This document shows, piece after piece, positions 60,968 to 64,000 of a stretch of 64,000 bases of DNA. The position numbers were made by a program, and so were the translations under genes. The DNA lies in NCBI RefSeq assembly GCF_021234875.1, contig NZ_JAJQVM010000003.1:83541-147540 (forward strand), written 5' to 3'. The DNA comes from Marinibactrum halimedae. GTDB lineage: Bacteria > Pseudomonadota > Gammaproteobacteria > Pseudomonadales > Cellvibrionaceae. How positions within the stretch are numbered: the stretch's first letter is position 1; every line of letters starts with the position of its first letter. The notes beneath the pieces were generated by a model. That model saw nothing but the letters and a program-made list of their open reading frames with translations, was not told the origin of the DNA and made no database searches.

Positions 60968-61046
60968 ATTGAGTACTCAGTTTTGAAGAAGTTATCTCAT
61001 TAGGAGAAAACCTCATGAAAAAATTTTTCATAAAGGAGCAACGGTT

Positions 61047-61319
61047 ATGAAAACAAGTGGGTTGGATGTTGAGCGCGACGAGCCTGCATTGGATAGTACG
61101 ATGACTAAGGAGCTGCAAGAACATGTTTACGATTTGCAAGCGCGTGTGAGTTTTCAAGAAGATACAATTGCGCAATTGGATGAGGTTATTCACCGTCAAG
61201 ATCAAGATATCAAACGCCTTTCTGAGCAATTGGCTTTTGTGGTATCAAAATGGAAAGATCTTGAGTATTGGATGCAGCAAAAAGTCCCTGTGACAGATGA
61301 GAAGCCGCCGCATTATTGA
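61047..61319 (+). CDS. slyX: SlyX family protein
   Basis: …LQARVSFQEDTIAQLDEVIHRQDQDIKRLSEQL… AAGGAG RBS 8 nt upstream of the ATG. Confidence 0.7.
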   Translation: MKTSGLDVERDEPALDSTMTKELQEHVYDLQARVSFQEDTIAQLDEVIHRQDQDIKRLSEQLAFVVSKWKDLEYWMQQKVPVTDEKPPHY

Positions 61320-61514
61320 TTTACCTCCCAAATTAAGAGAATGGCTAATAAGGCGCTGTGAAAAGCCTAGCGTTTCTTCACGTACAGGTCGCGTATATTC
61401 ACCTACTCTAATGAGGTAAGCATCTGAAGTATCGAGATATGAGATGGTATTTTGTACTTTCAGCCAGTTAATGGCCAGGTGTGTGGTAATGATAGGTGTA
61501 TTGCGGGGAATGAT

Positions 61515-64000
61515 ATGACGAAAGTACAGCCACGGGCTGTTCCACCTTCAACTGAACATCATCACATGTTGATGTCAGCACTGGGAACGCTGGGTGCAAT
61601 CGTATGGACCTTTGATCTTGATCGTCATGTGATGTCTTACTCGCAAGAGCTCGGAATTCGTGCTGGCATTGATGGAGGGGAGAGTGAAAGTACGCTAACG
61701 GAGCTGGATGTTTTTGAGTGCCTAGATGATGAGCATGTCGAGGCGTTTTTGATCGCTGCCGAAGAAGCTTATCGTTCGCAAACCCCTTTAGATTTCCAGA
61801 CGCACATTCGTTTGTATGGGGCATTAATGCCTTACCGGATGCTGGGAAGCCCAGAAACTCAGGCGTCAGCCCGTTTAATCTCTGGGCTGATGCTATCGGG
61901 TATAGACAGTTCTGGGGTATTGAGTTGTGTGCTGAATCATACCGAGACACCTGTGTACGTTAAGGACCTCAACGGTTTTTATTTGTACGTAAACCCTGCT
62001 TTCGCTGCAATTTTTGATCGAACCCCTGAAGAGTTATATGGGTTTGATGATCAGCATATTAATTTAGTGGGCGCTCATCGGCAGTTATCTCAAATTTATA
62101 AAGAGCAAGAACATAAGGCACTATCGCTTGGGACCTTGGTGGCCAGTGAAGAGGTGGTGGTTGGTGTGACGTATTTATGCAATCGCTTCCCTGTAAGTAA
62201 TAGTCAAGGTAGAGTTTTTGCGGTGGGTGGTATTTTTATTAATATCACTCGACAAAAAGCCCATGAGCATACCGCTGAAATACAGCATCAACAATTGCAA
62301 ACAGTGATTGATCATTTACCGTCATTGGTCATGTACCTAGATTCAAATTTAAATGTGGTCAGTATTAATCGTAGCTTTGCTGAATACTCCAATGCACATG
62401 TCACAAATACGCAAGAAAGAAAGCAACCTTTGTTAGAATATTTTCCAGGGTATGGACAACCGTCATTGACTCAGTCTATTGAGCAAGCTTTCAATAGCGG
62501 CAAGAGTAGCATGAGTCAATTAATTGAGCATGTGGTTACGGGTAATGTTCGTTGGTATCGGTTGGATGTCATACCTACAGGCTCTTCTTCTATTAGTGCT
62601 TTAACATCAACGTCTTCTACAGAAACATCTCCCGTGGAAGGGTTATCCATAGAGTCATCGATTAAAAAAATAGAGTCATCGACTACAAAAATAGAAGTAT
62701 CGGCTGACAAAATAGAAGCAAGAGGTGTTTTACTGATTGCAACGGATGTCACTGAGTCATCACAACAGCAATTGGTTTTGAAAGCCAGTGAAAAAAAATA
62801 TCGAAATTTTGTCAGAAACAGCCAAGAAGGAATTTGTCAGCTATTGGTGACAAAAGCGTTGCCATTGAATTTATCTGTTGCTGAACGCACAGAGCTGATG
62901 ATTGAAAACATGTTTATTGCTGAGTGTAATGCCACTTTTTCCACGTTTTTTGGCTTTGATCAACCTGAGGAATGTGAAGGTCAGTCGCTGGTCAGTTTAC
63001 TTGGTCGTGCCAGTATAAGCCGGTGGGCACAGATGTTTATTAATAATAATTATAAAATTGGGTCGTTTGAATTGGAATACATTGATGTTTTGGGAAAACT
63101 CCGGTGGTTGAATGTCAGTGCCTATGGTGAGTTGGAGCGTGATTTATTGGTTTCTGTGTGGGTGACTTGTGCTGATGTCACTGATCGGCATCTGTATTTT
63201 GAACAATTAGAACGACATGCTAATTATGATAGTTTAACAGGGTTGCCTAATCGAAATAAATTACAAAAGTCTATAGAGCGAGTTTTAAAGAAAGTTAATG
63301 AGCGTCAAATATTGGGTTTGATGATCATTAATATTGATCGATTTAAGGAATTAAATTCATCTTTGGGGCATCAAGTCGGTGATGGCGTATTAAAAAAAGT
63401 GGCGCAACGGATTTACAATATCTGTCGTGAATACAATGGAATGGCGGCAAAATTGGGCGGAGATGAGTTTGCAGTTTACCTTGTGGAAAAATCTGAAACG
63501 ATTATTTTGGGGGCCGCACAAGCGATATTGGCGTCGCTTTCTCAATCTTTTGAACTGGGTGTATTTAACTCGGGTGTGGGTGCCAGCATAGGTGTCTCTT
63601 ATGCGCCTGTTCATGCGAAAGATTTTTCTTCATTAATGCGAGCAGCTGATTCTGCTTTATACCATGCCAAAGAGCAGGGTCACTCTATTTTACCTTACAA
63701 CGCCTCGTTTAATTCCATGACACCTAAGCGGATTGCATTGCTATCAGATTTACACCGAGGTATATGGGAAAATCAGTTAAGGTTAGTATATCAACCGAAA
63801 GTGGACATTCAGTCTCAGACGTTGGTTGGGTTTGAAGCCTTATTACGTTGGCAACACCCTGCATTGGGCAATGTTAAGCCAGACGAATTTATCCCTTTGG
63901 CAGAATCTTCCAACTTTATTCGACCTTTAACATCCTGGGTATTGGATGCCGCGTTTACACAGTTGCGACGTTGGCGAGATAAAGGCTTTAATGTCACTTT
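61515..64000 (+). CDS. multi-PAS / GGDEF / EAL signalling protein (c-di-GMP turnover), 3' end beyond the window
   Basis: Manual translation from the ATG at 61515 is open to the window end. It contains PAS-like blocks, a GGDEF region (…RNKLQKSIE…LGGDEFAVYL…) and the start of an EAL domain (…QPKVDIQSQTLVGFEALLRW…). It is absent from the ORF track because it has no stop within the window. Confidence 0.8.
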   Translation, partial: MTKVQPRAVPPSTEHHHMLMSALGTLGAIVWTFDLDRHVMSYSQELGIRAGIDGGESESTLTELDVFECLDDEHVEAFLIAAEEAYRSQTPLDFQTHIRLYGALMPYRMLGSPETQASARLISGLMLSGIDSSGVLSCVLNHTETPVYVKDLNGFYLYVNPAFAAIFDRTPEELYGFDDQHINLVGAHRQLSQIYKEQEHKALSLGTLVASEEVVVGVTYLCNRFPVSNSQGRVFAVGGIFINITRQKAHEHTAEIQHQQLQTVIDHLPSLVMYLDSNLNVVSINRSFAEYSNAHVTNTQERKQPLLEYFPGYGQPSLTQSIEQAFNSGKSSMSQLIEHVVTGNVRWYRLDVIPTGSSSISALTSTSSTETSPVEGLSIESSIKKIESSTTKIEVSADKIEARGVLLIATDVTESSQQQLVLKASEKKYRNFVRNSQEGICQLLVTKALPLNLSVAERTELMIENMFIAECNATFSTFFGFDQPEECEGQSLVSLLGRASISRWAQMFINNNYKIGSFELEYIDVLGKLRWLNVSAYGELERDLLVSVWVTCADVTDRHLYFEQLERHANYDSLTGLPNRNKLQKSIERVLKKVNERQILGLMIINIDRFKELNSSLGHQVGDGVLKKVAQRIYNICREYNGMAAKLGGDEFAVYLVEKSETIILGAAQAILASLSQSFELGVFNSGVGASIGVSYAPVHAKDFSSLMRAADSALYHAKEQGHSILPYNASFNSMTPKRIALLSDLHRGIWENQLRLVYQPKVDIQSQTLVGFEALLRWQHPALGNVKPDEFIPLAESSNFIRPLTSWVLDAAFTQLRRWRDKGFNVT

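Noticed and set aside
61468-63997. Minus-strand ORFs 61468..61950, 62516..62752, 63390..63614, 63815..63997
   Set aside because: All are antisense to the continuous PAS-GGDEF-EAL reading frame that runs off the window end.

Overview
Chromosomal window from a marine-type gammaproteobacterium, roughly 45% GC, mostly conserved core genes plus one clearly accessory stretch (about 22.0-31.4 kb). From start to end:
- 3' end of argG.
- An FNR/Anr-boxed cbb3 cytochrome oxidase locus, ccoNOQP plus maturation genes ccoGHIS, followed by a DsbD_2/TauE-like membrane protein with a poly-His tail.
- A starch/maltodextrin uptake locus: two TonB-dependent receptors, a DUF3820 protein, a small membrane protein, and a 1.3k-aa lipoprotein pullulanase with tandem C-terminal binding modules.
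- An RNA-repair island. A small ATP-dependent RNA ligase sits beside an HD-domain/polynucleotide-kinase (HD-Pnk) gene; the kinase half is frameshifted. A decayed second ligase copy follows. All of this converges on rtcB-rtcA, which has a sigma-54 promoter and a divergent CARF-domain activator rtcR.
- A 1.2 kb non-coding region with two orphan intrinsic terminators (candidate sRNAs).
- An HNH endonuclease, an unusual tRNA-Met(CAU) with an all-A/U acceptor stem, an adjacent tRNA 3'-fragment, and an SPFH protein.
- Two GNAT acetyltransferases, two glutathione S-transferases, MarR, and a CinA-like protein.
- A porin plus nitrate-type NrtABC-like ABC transporter, with a sigma-54 promoter and mobA.
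- pdxH, then the valS-holC-pepA / lptF-lptG core block.
- An RDD protein, YciH, a Kv-like K+ channel with a C-terminal zinc ribbon, an LpxH-like phosphoesterase, SlyX, and a PAS-GGDEF-EAL protein that runs off the window end.
Six distinct short tandem-repeat arrays (13-24 bp units) sit in intergenic or 3'-UTR positions. No CRISPR array, integrase or transposase was seen.
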